From: Candidatus Dadabacteria bacterium
Lineage (GTDB): Bacteria > Desulfobacterota_D > UBA1144 > Nemesobacterales > CSP1-2
Direction of reading: 5' to 3'
Assembly: GCA_963805855.1 (NCBI GenBank)
Contig: CAWDVW010000006.1
Location: forward strand, 270,621-334,620
DNA length: 64,000 nt
The notes under the pieces were generated by a model. That model was not told the DNA's origin, made no database searches, and saw nothing but the letters and a program-made list of their open reading frames with translations. This document shows, piece by piece, positions 10,544-19,855 of the stretch. The position numbers and the translations under genes were made by a program. Numbering within the stretch: the stretch's first letter is position 1; the number at the start of each line of letters is the position of its first letter.

Positions 10544-11571
10544 ATTCCCCTTTTGTGCCTTTGTGCCTTAGTGGCTGAATAGACGTATGCCTTCTTATAG
10601 TAATCTTTAAACTCCCCCTCTTTAATCCTTCGCCACCACTGTTGGTTTTCTTTATACCACTGTATTGTATATCTCAGTCCTTCTTCAAAGCCGTATCGTG
10701 GTCTAAAGCCAAGATCGTGGATTTTAGTTGGGGTCAGGGAGTATCTTCTATCATGACCCAATCTATCTTTAACAAATTTTATTAGACCCTTTGGTTTTCT
10801 TAGTTCTTTAACTATGAACTCAGCAATCTCAATATTGGACCTCTCATTGCCTGCACCGATATTGTAAATCTCCCCAGTTTTTCCCTTATGGAGAGCTAAG
10901 TCAATAGCTTCGCAGTCATCAATAACATGAATCCAGTCTCTTACATTTTTCCCATCTCCGTAGAGGGGAAGGGGGAGCTCATCAATGCAATTCGTGATAA
11001 AAAGCGGAATGAATTTCTCAGGGTATTGATATGGGCCAAAGTTATTGGAGCTCCTTGTAATTATGATTGGAAGCTTATATGTAGCCCAGTAGGATTGAGC
11101 CAGTAGGTCGCCGCTCGCCTTAGAGGCGGAATATGGATTGCTTGGGTTTAGGGGATCAGATTCTTTAAAGGATCCTAATTCAGTACTTCCGTAAACTTCA
11201 TCTGTGGAAACCTGAATGTAGCGATGATGTTTGTATTTATTTGCCACTTCTAACAAAAGATAGGTTCCATATACATTGGCCTGAATGAAACTCTCAGGGT
11301 CAACTATCGACCTGTCCACATGGGTTTCTGCAGCAAAGTTAACTATAACGTCAGCTTGCTTAGCTAGCGTTTCCACAAGGGATGAGTCACAGATGTCACC
11401 TCTTACAAATGTATACCGGGGGTTTCCATCGATATCTTTCAGGTTCTCGAGTTTCCCTGCATATGTCAATTTGTCGAGGTTAATGACTTCGTAATTATCG
11501 TACTTTTGCAAAATGTGGCGTATAAAATTACTACCGATGAAACCGGCTCCTCCGGTAACCAACAGTTTCAT
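10540..11571 (-). CDS. rmlB: dTDP-glucose 4,6-dehydratase
   Basis: VTGGAGFIGSNF, DKLTYAG, NFAAETHVDRSI, STDEVYG, YSASK, DRLGHDRRY. Confidence 0.96.
   Translation of the reverse strand: MKLLVTGGAGFIGSNFIRHILQKYDNYEVINLDKLTYAGKLENLKDIDGNPRYTFVRGDICDSSLVETLAKQADVIVNFAAETHVDRSIVDPESFIQANVYGTYLLLEVANKYKHHRYIQVSTDEVYGSTELGSFKESDPLNPSNPYSASKASGDLLAQSYWATYKLPIIITRSSNNFGPYQYPEKFIPLFITNCIDELPLPLYGDGKNVRDWIHVIDDCEAIDLALHKGKTGEIYNIGAGNERSNIEIAEFIVKELRKPKGLIKFVKDRLGHDRRYSLTPTKIHDLGFRPRYGFEEGLRYTIQWYKENQQWWRRIKEGEFKDYYKKAYVYSATKAQRHKRGI
10551..10581. repeat. Right inverted repeat of the GxxExxY gene, inside the 3' end of rmlB
   Basis: Reverse complement is tattcagccactaaggcacaaaggcacaaaa, translated as YSATKAQRHK in the RmlB tail. 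Confidence 0.85.
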
Positions 11572-11572
11572 T

Positions 11573-12052
11573 TCACCCTCCGTTTACTACATACGATGGC
11601 CAACTATAGGGAATTTCTTTACTGTTCCATGAAAACCTATATTCATCTGGATCATCATAGCGGTATAATTGAGTGGGAATGTTAAGAATTCTTGCCTCAT
11701 CACAATCTACAGTGGTAAAACCATGTACCACGTGAGGGGGTATCTTGAGAAGCTTTGATTCGTTTTCATCACAAGATGGAGCCCTCAGAATGAACTCCTC
11801 GACCACATTAAATGTTGGAGAATTTTTTCTAATATCATAAAGTACGACCAGAGCAGTGCCGTGCAAGCACGCAAAGTGATCGGATTGTTCTTTGTGATAG
11901 TGCCATGCCTTTGCTATTCCTCTTTTACAGCTAGTTATATACAGCTGACCAAATCTCTCAAAGATTGGATCGTCTGACCGAAGGATTTCCATCAGAAAAC
12001 CTCTTTCATCAGGAATGGCCTTGAGATTTTTTACTTCTACACCCTGAATCAT
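11573..12052 (-). CDS. rmlC: dTDP-4-dehydrorhamnose 3,5-epimerase family cupin
   Basis: DERGFLME, KAWHYH, YDIRKNSPT and IPPHVVHGF motifs. Lies between rmlA and rmlB. Confidence 0.85.
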   Translation of the reverse strand: MIQGVEVKNLKAIPDERGFLMEILRSDDPIFERFGQLYITSCKRGIAKAWHYHKEQSDHFACLHGTALVVLYDIRKNSPTFNVVEEFILRAPSCDENESKLLKIPPHVVHGFTTVDCDEARILNIPTQLYRYDDPDEYRFSWNSKEIPYSWPSYVVNGG

Positions 12053-12088
12053 TTCTTGATCTTATTAAGTTCGACGTACCAGTATAAT

Positions 12089-12142
12089 TGTAACGGAATT
12101 CTTTAGGATTCCATTCGTGGAGGTCTAAAGACCTCCGCTACA
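12089..12142. repeat. REP doublet (REPIN-like), GTAG-type
   Basis: 12119-12142 reverse complement is tGTAGcggaggtc-ttta-gacctcc. 12089-12112 (tgtaacggaattctttaggattcc) is an inverted degenerate copy, 18/24 identical. Confidence 0.65.
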
Positions 12143-12160
12143 TTTAGTTTTCCACTCACG

Positions 12161-13253
12161 TTAGGTTAGCTCTATGGTGCTTTGATCACCCAGAATGAAC
12201 TTATGAGTTTTTGGCTTGTCAGTATTGTTATAAATCCTGACCTCTCGCCCTATCAGACTCTTTTCAATTCTCGAGTTGGTATCACTGATCTTTGAATTTT
12301 CAAGAACTATACTATATTCAATCTCACTATTTTTAATCGTACATCCATAATAAATTGAAGTGAAGGGCCCTATATAACTTCTTTCAATCAATGTATTTTC
12401 ACCCACTATTGCAGGACCCCTTATTGTGCTCTTGATTACCTTGGCGCCCTCTTGGATAATTACCTTTCCTGATATGTCGGAGCTGCTGTCCACATGACCC
12501 ATGATCTTGGGTTCGCCACTTGGAATAATGTTATCCAGAATAAGTCTGTTTGCCTCTAACAAATCCTCAGGTTTTCCTGTGTCTTTCCACCAACCTGTCA
12601 CCTCGCAGTATCCGACCCGAAAACCATTATCAATTAAATACTGATGCGCATCGGAGATCTCGAGTTCGCCCCTTTTACTCGGCGTAATATTGTTTACTGC
12701 TTCAAATATCGAGCGATCGTAAATATAAATTCCGGTCACTGCAAAGGGACTTTTAGGATTTTTTGGCTTCTCTATAACTCTGATTACTCTCCCATCTTCA
12801 ATGTCCGCAACTCCAAATCTTTGAGGTTCCCTAACTTTTGCCAGCACTAGCTGGCAATTATTCTTATTCCTGATAAACTCGTCGATGAATCCCTTGATTC
12901 CTCCGAGCAGGATGTTATCTCCCAAGTAAAACACGAAGGGCGAATCCCTTATAAAATCTTCGGATATTTTAATAACATGAGCGAGGCCAAGTGGAGCCTT
13001 TTGATCAATATAGGCGAAATTTGCGCCCCACTTCTTCCCATCTCCCAATGCCTCTTTAATTTCTTTTCCCGCATGCGAGCTTGATCAAAATTCCGATATC
13101 ATTAATCCCCGCTTGAATTACTGATTCTATAGCGTAGTAAATCATCGGTTTGTTTGCTATAGGGATCAAGTGTTTATTACTTGTGTGAGTGAGGGGTCTT
13201 AACCTCGATCCATGGCCCCCGCTTGTAATTAATGCTTTCATATCGTTTGCCAT
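12161..13253 (-). CDS. rmlA: Glucose-1-phosphate thymidylyltransferase, long form (one frameshift ~13080)
   Basis: GGHGSRLRPLTHTSNKHLIPIANKP in the 5' ORF; YLGDN, EKPK, RGELEI and WWKDTGK plus a C-terminal beta-helix in the 3' ORF. Deleting one A gives ILISSHAGKEIKEALGDG. Confidence 0.92.
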
Positions 13254-13316
13254 AGCTTATCTCAGACTAATGGTCATATAGTTTGTAATAATGTTCACAG
13301 GTTTTAGTCGGGCTTG

Positions 13317-13358
13317 GATTCATGATTCATGATACAGGATGCATGACACATGATACAG
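13317..13358. repeat. Degenerate heptamer tandem repeat x6
   Basis: gattcat gattcat gatacag gatgcat gacacat gatacag. Confidence 0.75.
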
Positions 13359-13855
13359 GGGCATGATTCCACAAAAAGGTGGTTTTATACAGCTTCGCCA
13401 TCTCACTTACATGAATCGATAGATAAAAAAAGTTATTTATTAAAACTATAGCCCAATAACTATTGAGAATGCTGTGAAATTTTTGCAACCCAATCAGCAG
13501 GGCATAATTACAACGCAGTAAGGCTTAATACCCTGATCGATTACATTTCTTTTATTATTCAATCGTTTAATCCTCAGATTTACGATATTTCGATCTTGAG
13601 AGATTCATCTGCATGACTCTGTGGATAGTTCCAAACTCAATAAGTTTTCATGTATCAACTACACCCCACCTTAATACCAACTTAAACCGGATCATGATTA
13701 GCTTTCCAGCTTGAATTAGCTCCATTTCTGCTTGTTATCTAATATTGCTCCACCTATCTTTCTTGAAGCCAAGAATTGATCGACAAACTTCAAAAAACAA
13801 AAGTATTGCCTGTACTTTCGCCTATTAAATCTTGTTTAACTGGCCTCTCGATCAA

Positions 13856-13948
13856 ACTTCGGCAACCAGGCTACCATAGGTTGAGGACTCAACCCTTAGG
13901 TCATTGGCTTTGCGCTCCATTCTTTCGAATGGTTAGCCTTTTCGGAGC
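13856..13948 (-). ncRNA. c-di-GMP-I (GEMM) riboswitch
   Basis: Minus strand reads gaaaaGGCtAACCATTC-GAAA-GAATGGagcGCAAAGCCaatgacCTAAgggttgagtcctcaaccTATGGtAGCctgGTTGCCGAag. It has the P2 GAAA tetraloop, GCAAAGC junction, CTAA/TATGG receptor-type elements and 3' GTTGCCGA of GEMM-I. Confidence 0.9.
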
Positions 13949-13963
13949 ATTAAATCTCAATAA

Positions 13964-13992
13964 AGTATAGGCGTCACTATTTTTGAAGTCAA
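13964..13992 (-). promoter_or_regulatory. sigma70-type promoter upstream of the riboswitch and rml operon
   Basis: TTGACT (13992-13987), 17 bp spacer, TATACT (13969-13964), placed so that transcription starts just before the aptamer. Confidence 0.75.
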
Positions 13993-14104
13993 TTCGACAA
14001 AAATATCAACCATCTCTAACTCTTTTCAGAGTCGTTTGTGAAGTAGTGTTTTGGCAAATTCTGGTTACAAGTATCCAATCAAAATTTTGAATATTGTCTT
14101 TTAT

Positions 14105-14133
14105 TTGACACGCCATGTGATATTAAATAAAAT
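14105..14133 (+). promoter_or_regulatory. sigma70-type promoter of tRNA-fMet
   Basis: TTGACA, 17 bp spacer, TAAAAT, ending 15 bp before the tRNA. Confidence 0.7.
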
Positions 14134-14148
14134 TATTTTGATAATTGA

Positions 14149-14225
<77 letters not shown>

Positions 14226-14588
14226 AATTTCCCCTGAATGCATTACAGATATTGGTTTGTTGCCTTGTTGCAACACGTAAGTTCACTTAATTATTTATTG
14301 TGAGATTTTTAGCAACTTCCCCATAGGGGTAGGTCACCCCATCATTGACAGTCAACTCTGCCGTCATTGCTTTGCGTCGCTAGTTAAATATGACAGACCG
14401 CTGATTTTACTGTTGACATTCGGTGCTTAACTTGCAGAATGTTCGTGATCTGGTAACAGCTCTTGATATACTCACTCAAAAAATATAATATATGTCAGTC
14501 CGGTAGTAAATCCTGCCTTATATTGTCACAAAGCAAACAAGTTTTAATTGTTGAATTGATAAGTTGCATGTGGTAATGGTAAAAATTC

Positions 14589-15771
14589 ATGGAGCTTAGT
14601 GATTACATAGATCTTAAATACGAGCCTTCGGACAGTATCGTTCTAAGATATCATTCAAGAAATTCGCTCGGATTTACCGAAGAAGAGCTTTTAAAGGGTT
14701 GTGTAAAAGAAGGGGAGAGAGTTTTTCATCTCGTAAATTATAAAGACTGCGAAATTTATATTCTAGATGAAACATCCCTGATGCATTCCAACACATTTCA
14801 CTCTTTAGACGGATCGTTAATTGGGAGCCTATGTAAAAAACATGGGCATAATATTGTAGTAGTTCCCAGTGGAGGAAATTTGGGAACAGCAATCACTTTA
14901 TATTTAAAAAATTCTGATGCAAAAGTCTTCGTTTTTACACCCTACCATTGTCTTTGCAATTTGCCCGATTACGTATTCCAAAGGAAAGGAGCACATCTTA
15001 TAGCTGTTCGCGGAGATAGAAACAAGATGGCTGCAATTGAATTTTCCAAACGGCTTACGGAAGCGTATGCCCTATCATTTGATCCTTTCGTGATGAAAAA
15101 AGAGTATCGAGCCGCTGCGTCAATTCCTAGGGGCTACTTCATTGCTGAGTATATGGTCAAAAACAATATTCTTTTCGATTGGATATCACAAACAATCTCT
15201 GCGGCATTTGGACCCATAGGTATTTATCAAGCTTTCGATCACTTATTGGCAGAAAAGTTCCTTGATACGATCCCTAGATTTCTGGCAGTACAACAAGAAG
15301 AAAACGCCCCGATGTTCCAAAAGATAAAAGGGATCAATTTATCATCTCATGACGGTCTATTGCTTCCCAATCTTTACGACAGAACACCTGAAACTTACGG
15401 AACATATGATAAATTAAAAGAGATTATGATAAGAACACATGGTGATATATGCACCATTAATAGAGATGAATATCATCGCTGCCTCAATCGTGACTTTGAT
15501 GGAAAAACTATGCTGAATTTATTTGACGAACAACGGCGTTGATATGACTAGAAATCATGATGAAATATCAGAAAAGACAGGGCTCTTGTCCTTGATGGGT
15601 GTTTTAAAGAGCATTGACAATGGTATTATTGAGCCGGGAGAGAAGGTTCTTGTTTGTTTTACAGGGGGCGTAAAGAAACAAGGAGAACCGGCCATACCCG
15701 AACTCGTTATCTCTGAAAGTGACGATCTGGACGAAGTAATAACAAGATATATAACCAGCTTAAGTATTTGA
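14589..15771 (+). CDS. Threonine-synthase-like (fold type II PLP family) protein, frameshift ~15530
   Basis: PSGGNLGTA, QTISAAFGPIGIY, PRFLAVQQE, then SEKTGLLSLMGV...IEPGEKVLVCFTGG in the overlapping ORF 15523-15771. The expected Schiff-base Lys position reads TFHS. Confidence 0.65.
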
Positions 15772-15915
15772 ATTAGGGTTTAATTAGCGAATTTAATATT
15801 CCAAGAATAATAAATTTCCCAGAAATTTGCTCATTCGTCATCCTCGAATGTTACCCCCCGCCCAAGCTACATGCGGAGACGAGTTTAAATCGGGAATTCA
15901 GTCGTTTAATTTTTT

Positions 15916-16482
15916 TTCTTTGTCTTGATACAAAGAAACAAAAATCAAGGGCTGACAAAAAACGCTTGCGTATCGAGCGAATGCGAGATATCTATTGCTA
16001 TAATTAATTAGTTCTCTCAGTCACTATGTTCCTTCGAGATGACAGTAATGATTGTCACTTTTTTTAACGCTTCCGGAATTGATTTTGGTAATTTTTTGAA
16101 TGCCCATTTAGAATCTGAAACACTGTCCCCGAATTGTGTAATATCTACGATTGCGAGAAACCCTTGCCCTAATTTCATCGAGCGATCGAAAGGTTTGTCC
16201 TCAGTGCCGTCGAGCGACTGCTTCTTTTTATCTGTGCTGAACGATTGCCTGAAGAAAATCGGGAACGAAGACGTAAAGAAAAAATTTGCGGGTTGTGATT
16301 GGACAAGTTGTCCTGTTGTTATGTCATCCCTGAGGATAGTTATCGTGAATCCGGGGATAAAGAATATGGATTCCCTATTAAGGCGTTAGGGAATGACAAC
16401 AAGGGGCAGCCTTGTCCCGAGTCTGCCTTGAGCTTGTCGAAAGGCGGTGCCGAAGGGTCGCTTCTTTGTATCAAGACGAAGA
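15916..16482. repeat. Non-coding repeat mosaic bounded by 21-bp inverted repeats
   Basis: tctttgtcttgatacaaagaa (15917-15937) matches the reverse complement of 16462-16482 at 20/21. Contains a TGTCAT...GAATCC / GGATTC...ATGACA palindrome pair at 16322-16398. Confidence 0.7.
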
Positions 16483-16602
16483 GGTTAGAAAAAAAGATGA
16501 TTCAAGAGAATAATTCTAAAAATCTTGCCCCCTGAAACATCTGGCTCTTATAGTGACATCTGGGGTTTCATTTTTTTCTGGAAATTAAATAACATTGCAG
16601 TC

Positions 16603-17402
16603 TTAAGGCTTAATCGCATTAGCGGCTATAAAATATCCTGTTAAAAAGCGTGTCGGCCAAACCGATATACGCTCGAAACTCAAGAGAAAATTTAGCAAAT
16701 GTTTTTGGAGTCCTCCACTTGAATGGTTTTGCGCAATTGCAGCCATTGCCATTGCGAAGATTCTGGGGAAATGCATTATTGATTTGATTTCAACCACTTC
16801 AAAACCGACAAGTTCCAAGTACTGTTGTAATTCATCCTTTTTTAGGGTAGCGCCTACATAATATGGTACAAGGTTCAAGCGACTCAGCAAATTGTATGGC
16901 AGAATGTTTCGAATTGCTATTATCGGATTTGCTAAATTATCCAGAGTTATGATGAGTTGACCACCCACCTTCAGCAGCCTATAGAGTTCGTATAGTCCGG
17001 CAATGATCCTATCTTTTGATTCAAAATGATCTATTGTAGAGATAGAAATAATGACGTCGAATGTCCTATCGACAAAGGGTTGACAACGTACGTCTGCCCC
17101 AATTGCTAGAAGCCCAGCATGACGTTTCTTTGCAGCTTGTGCTGTCACAGCAGACAAATCAATGCCAACGACATACTTTGCTTGTGAAGTCAAGTTTGCA
17201 TATAGGCCTTCGCCTAAGGACTCCTCGAATACGTCTGTCTTGAGGACATACTCTGCGCTACCTAGCCGTAGCCAGTTCCCAATAAGATCTTTGTTAACCG
17301 TGTCATAGTAAGTACGCCATAATGTGCGCGGAGGAGATTCTTGCCAGTACCTGGCTACTGAATCCCAGTACTCACTTTTTCCATTATCAAACTTCGACTC
17401 AT
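16603..17402 (-). CDS. Class I SAM-dependent methyltransferase (probable 1-nt deletion near the 5' end)
   Basis: The frame is open upstream of the listed ORF (EYWDSVARYWQ...VLKTDVFEESLGEG) without a start codon. Adding one A to the run at 17376-17380 links it to ATG 17402. VVGIDLS, ADVR, FDVIIS and LLKVGG motifs. Confidence 0.8.
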
Positions 17403-17536
17403 ATAACTTTTTAATAAACCAGCCTCGCTATTACTTTTTTTACACCTTATCTTCAATTGTCAAATTGGGGCGAATTTGAGTTAGAGTAATTCCAATTTCT
17501 TATTGTATCCGAACAGATCAGAATGATCCACGCGGC

Positions 17537-18742
17537 TCACGCTAGTGCCCTCTTAAAGTAAGGCAATGAGAGTGGAGCGACCAATGATCCGGGAGTCCAC
17601 CCACGGCGATGAAATTCTAGACCTAAACTAAAGAGCTTGTCAAGTAGCGATGGATTGGCTGCCCTACTGCAAATTGTGTTGAAGCGTTTAAGCGCGAGGG
17701 GCACTGCAATGTCACGGGGTGATACGAGCTTTTGTGCCGCTTCATCTAACAACCAGGAAACCCTTTTAGTGAAGTAATTTTCAAGGAATTTTGTGATCTG
17801 CTCCTCGTTTAGTGAAGCGAATTCCATAGTACCTCCGAGGACGCCGCCGCAATTCGTAACAAAATCAGGCATACACAAGATTCCCTGTTCAATTAAGATT
17901 TTCTCTGCTTCATGAGTTATTGGGTTGTTAGCACCCGGAGAGATAACGCGTGCCTTGATTCGGCTCGCATTTCCAATATGCACGCTGTCGTGGCGGGCAC
18001 AAGGACAAAGCAAGTCAACGGGTAATTCAAGTAATTTCTCGCGGTTAATATGTTCACCGTCAGCGTAGGAGTCAACAACTCGACTTCCATTTTTTGTTGT
18101 AAGTTTGGTAAGCAGTTTTATATTTAGCCCTTGAGGATTGTAAATCGCCCCTCTCGATGTGGAAATCGCGACGATTCGAGCTCCGGCCTTATCCATGAAA
18201 TTTGCCAAAGCGCTTCCCACTTTGCCAAGACCCTCGATGGCAACCGTGCAGTCTGATAGACTTAAATTTAGGTGGCTCATTGCCTGCCTCGCGCCTATGA
18301 AAACTGTCAATGCTGTGTAGTAGCCGGACAATGTGCTCCGTAATTCACGTTTTTTAACCTGAATGCCGACTGCTTTTAACATGCTTCGAATGTCATTGTT
18401 ATCCGTACCCATATCACTGTTAGGGATGTAGATACGCTTGCATAGCAGAGGTGCGATTGCCTTTGCAAACACTGCCAGGCGTTGATGTCGATCTAACTGA
18501 GGCGCCTCGGGATCGCCAAGGACCCCCGCTTTTGCACCACCCTGTGGAAGCCCCAAAAAACCATACTTAAGCGTCATCGCACGTGCAAGCCCACGCATTT
18601 CCTTTTCGTCAATGTCAGGAAGCATTCGCAGTCCACCACACGAACGACCCCCGACAGTCGAATCAATTACCACATAACCGAGACGCTCAGAGCCCCGTGA
18701 CACTGTTATTACAGTTTGAGGGCTTTTTGTTTCATAGAACAT
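17537..18742 (-). CDS. Divergent Glu/Leu/Phe/Val dehydrogenase family protein
   Basis: GGLRM, LARAMTLK, GGAKAG, DMGT, EGLGKVG, PGANNP, PDFVTNCGGV. Confidence 0.88.
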   Translation of the reverse strand: MFYETKSPQTVITVSRGSERLGYVVIDSTVGGRSCGGLRMLPDIDEKEMRGLARAMTLKYGFLGLPQGGAKAGVLGDPEAPQLDRHQRLAVFAKAIAPLLCKRIYIPNSDMGTDNNDIRSMLKAVGIQVKKRELRSTLSGYYTALTVFIGARQAMSHLNLSLSDCTVAIEGLGKVGSALANFMDKAGARIVAISTSRGAIYNPQGLNIKLLTKLTTKNGSRVVDSYADGEHINREKLLELPVDLLCPCARHDSVHIGNASRIKARVISPGANNPITHEAEKILIEQGILCMPDFVTNCGGVLGGTMEFASLNEEQITKFLENYFTKRVSWLLDEAAQKLVSPRDIAVPLALKRFNTICSRAANPSLLDKLFSLGLEFHRRGWTPGSLVAPLSLPYFKRALA

Positions 18743-18835
18743 CTCGAGGTTTCCCTTTTAGAAAGATTTTCTAAATAAATCATTTTAATGAAATGTCAGT
18801 CTAATACAGTCGTTTAGTTTTGATCATCAATGGTC

Positions 18836-19600
18836 TTAACGCTTAATTGCTTTATAAAAAGATAATTCCCAATTAACACAGTACTCCTTTTTTATGATAA
18901 TGTACCCCAAATATCGCGTTATTCCGTGTAAAATTTGATCATGGGTACCTTTATCAATCCCAAAGAGAAGCTGGAAGTAAGTCAACATATCATCTAATGA
19001 AGAAAATCTCCAATGGTACTTTAAAGACGAAGAGTACACCACATCAAAGCCACAATTTTCTATTTCGCCTTGTGTGTTTTCATTGAGATACGCTCCCCTG
19101 TGTCCCATTGAATTATGCTCATTCACAAACACGTCCAAGAACGTCGAGACCATAGCATCCTGCCGAGCGTCGGCAATTAACAATTTTCCTTTGCTTTTTA
19201 ATATTCTATGTGATTCGCTATAAAAGGAGAGTTTGTCTTCAATATGATGTAAACCAGCCAAGCTTAATACCCTATCCACTGAATTTGACTTGATAGCTAT
19301 ACGATCAAGGTTTGTCAGAATTACATCCGAAGCGGTGTTGGCTTTACACGCTTTAGCAAACGCCTGAGATGTTTCGACGGATACAATCTGAGCTCTCGCA
19401 TTTACAAAGTTTTTTAAGTATCCCCCGCCTGAAGGGATATCGCATATGATGTCCCCATGTCCGATTTGGGCTAACTTTATGATACTATCGAACTCTTCCC
19501 TTCTTGCCTGACCGTATAGCGTCATAGCCTTGTGGTAGAGATCTCCCCTTTTCTCGAATATTTCCTCGTAAGAATTGAACATCGATTTTACCACTAACAA
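18836..19600 (-). CDS. Class I SAM-dependent methyltransferase
   Basis: ICDIPSGGGYL motif I, VDRVLSLAGLHH, RILKSKGKLLIAD. Confidence 0.85.
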   Translation of the reverse strand: MLVVKSMFNSYEEIFEKRGDLYHKAMTLYGQARREEFDSIIKLAQIGHGDIICDIPSGGGYLKNFVNARAQIVSVETSQAFAKACKANTASDVILTNLDRIAIKSNSVDRVLSLAGLHHIEDKLSFYSESHRILKSKGKLLIADARQDAMVSTFLDVFVNEHNSMGHRGAYLNENTQGEIENCGFDVVYSSSLKYHWRFSSLDDMLTYFQLLFGIDKGTHDQILHGITRYLGYIIIKKEYCVNWELSFYKAIKR

Positions 19601-19855
19601 GTTAAACTCAATTTTTTATTGGCATCGCACTAAACCTTTCATGTCCATCCCTAATTATTCTATGACTAATTATTAATGTTAAAGTACTAAATGCTCTACA
19701 ACCTAATTTCTGGATTTACCGAAACAACATGTCAACTTTCAACGCTCTAATCAACAAGTATTCTGAGTCAGCAACCTAAGTTGGTCTTAGCGTTGGAATA
19801 AAAAAACAATTCAAATAGTTCGATAATCGTACTAGAATGCTCAGCGTTTTATAAA

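Noticed and set aside
13856-13948. cGAMP-sensing (GEMM-Ib) variant
   Set aside because: The specificity position equivalent to Vc2 nucleotide 20 is G, not A.
16039-16535. ORFs 16039-16389 and 16299-16535
   Set aside because: They run through palindromic repeats and show no protein motifs.
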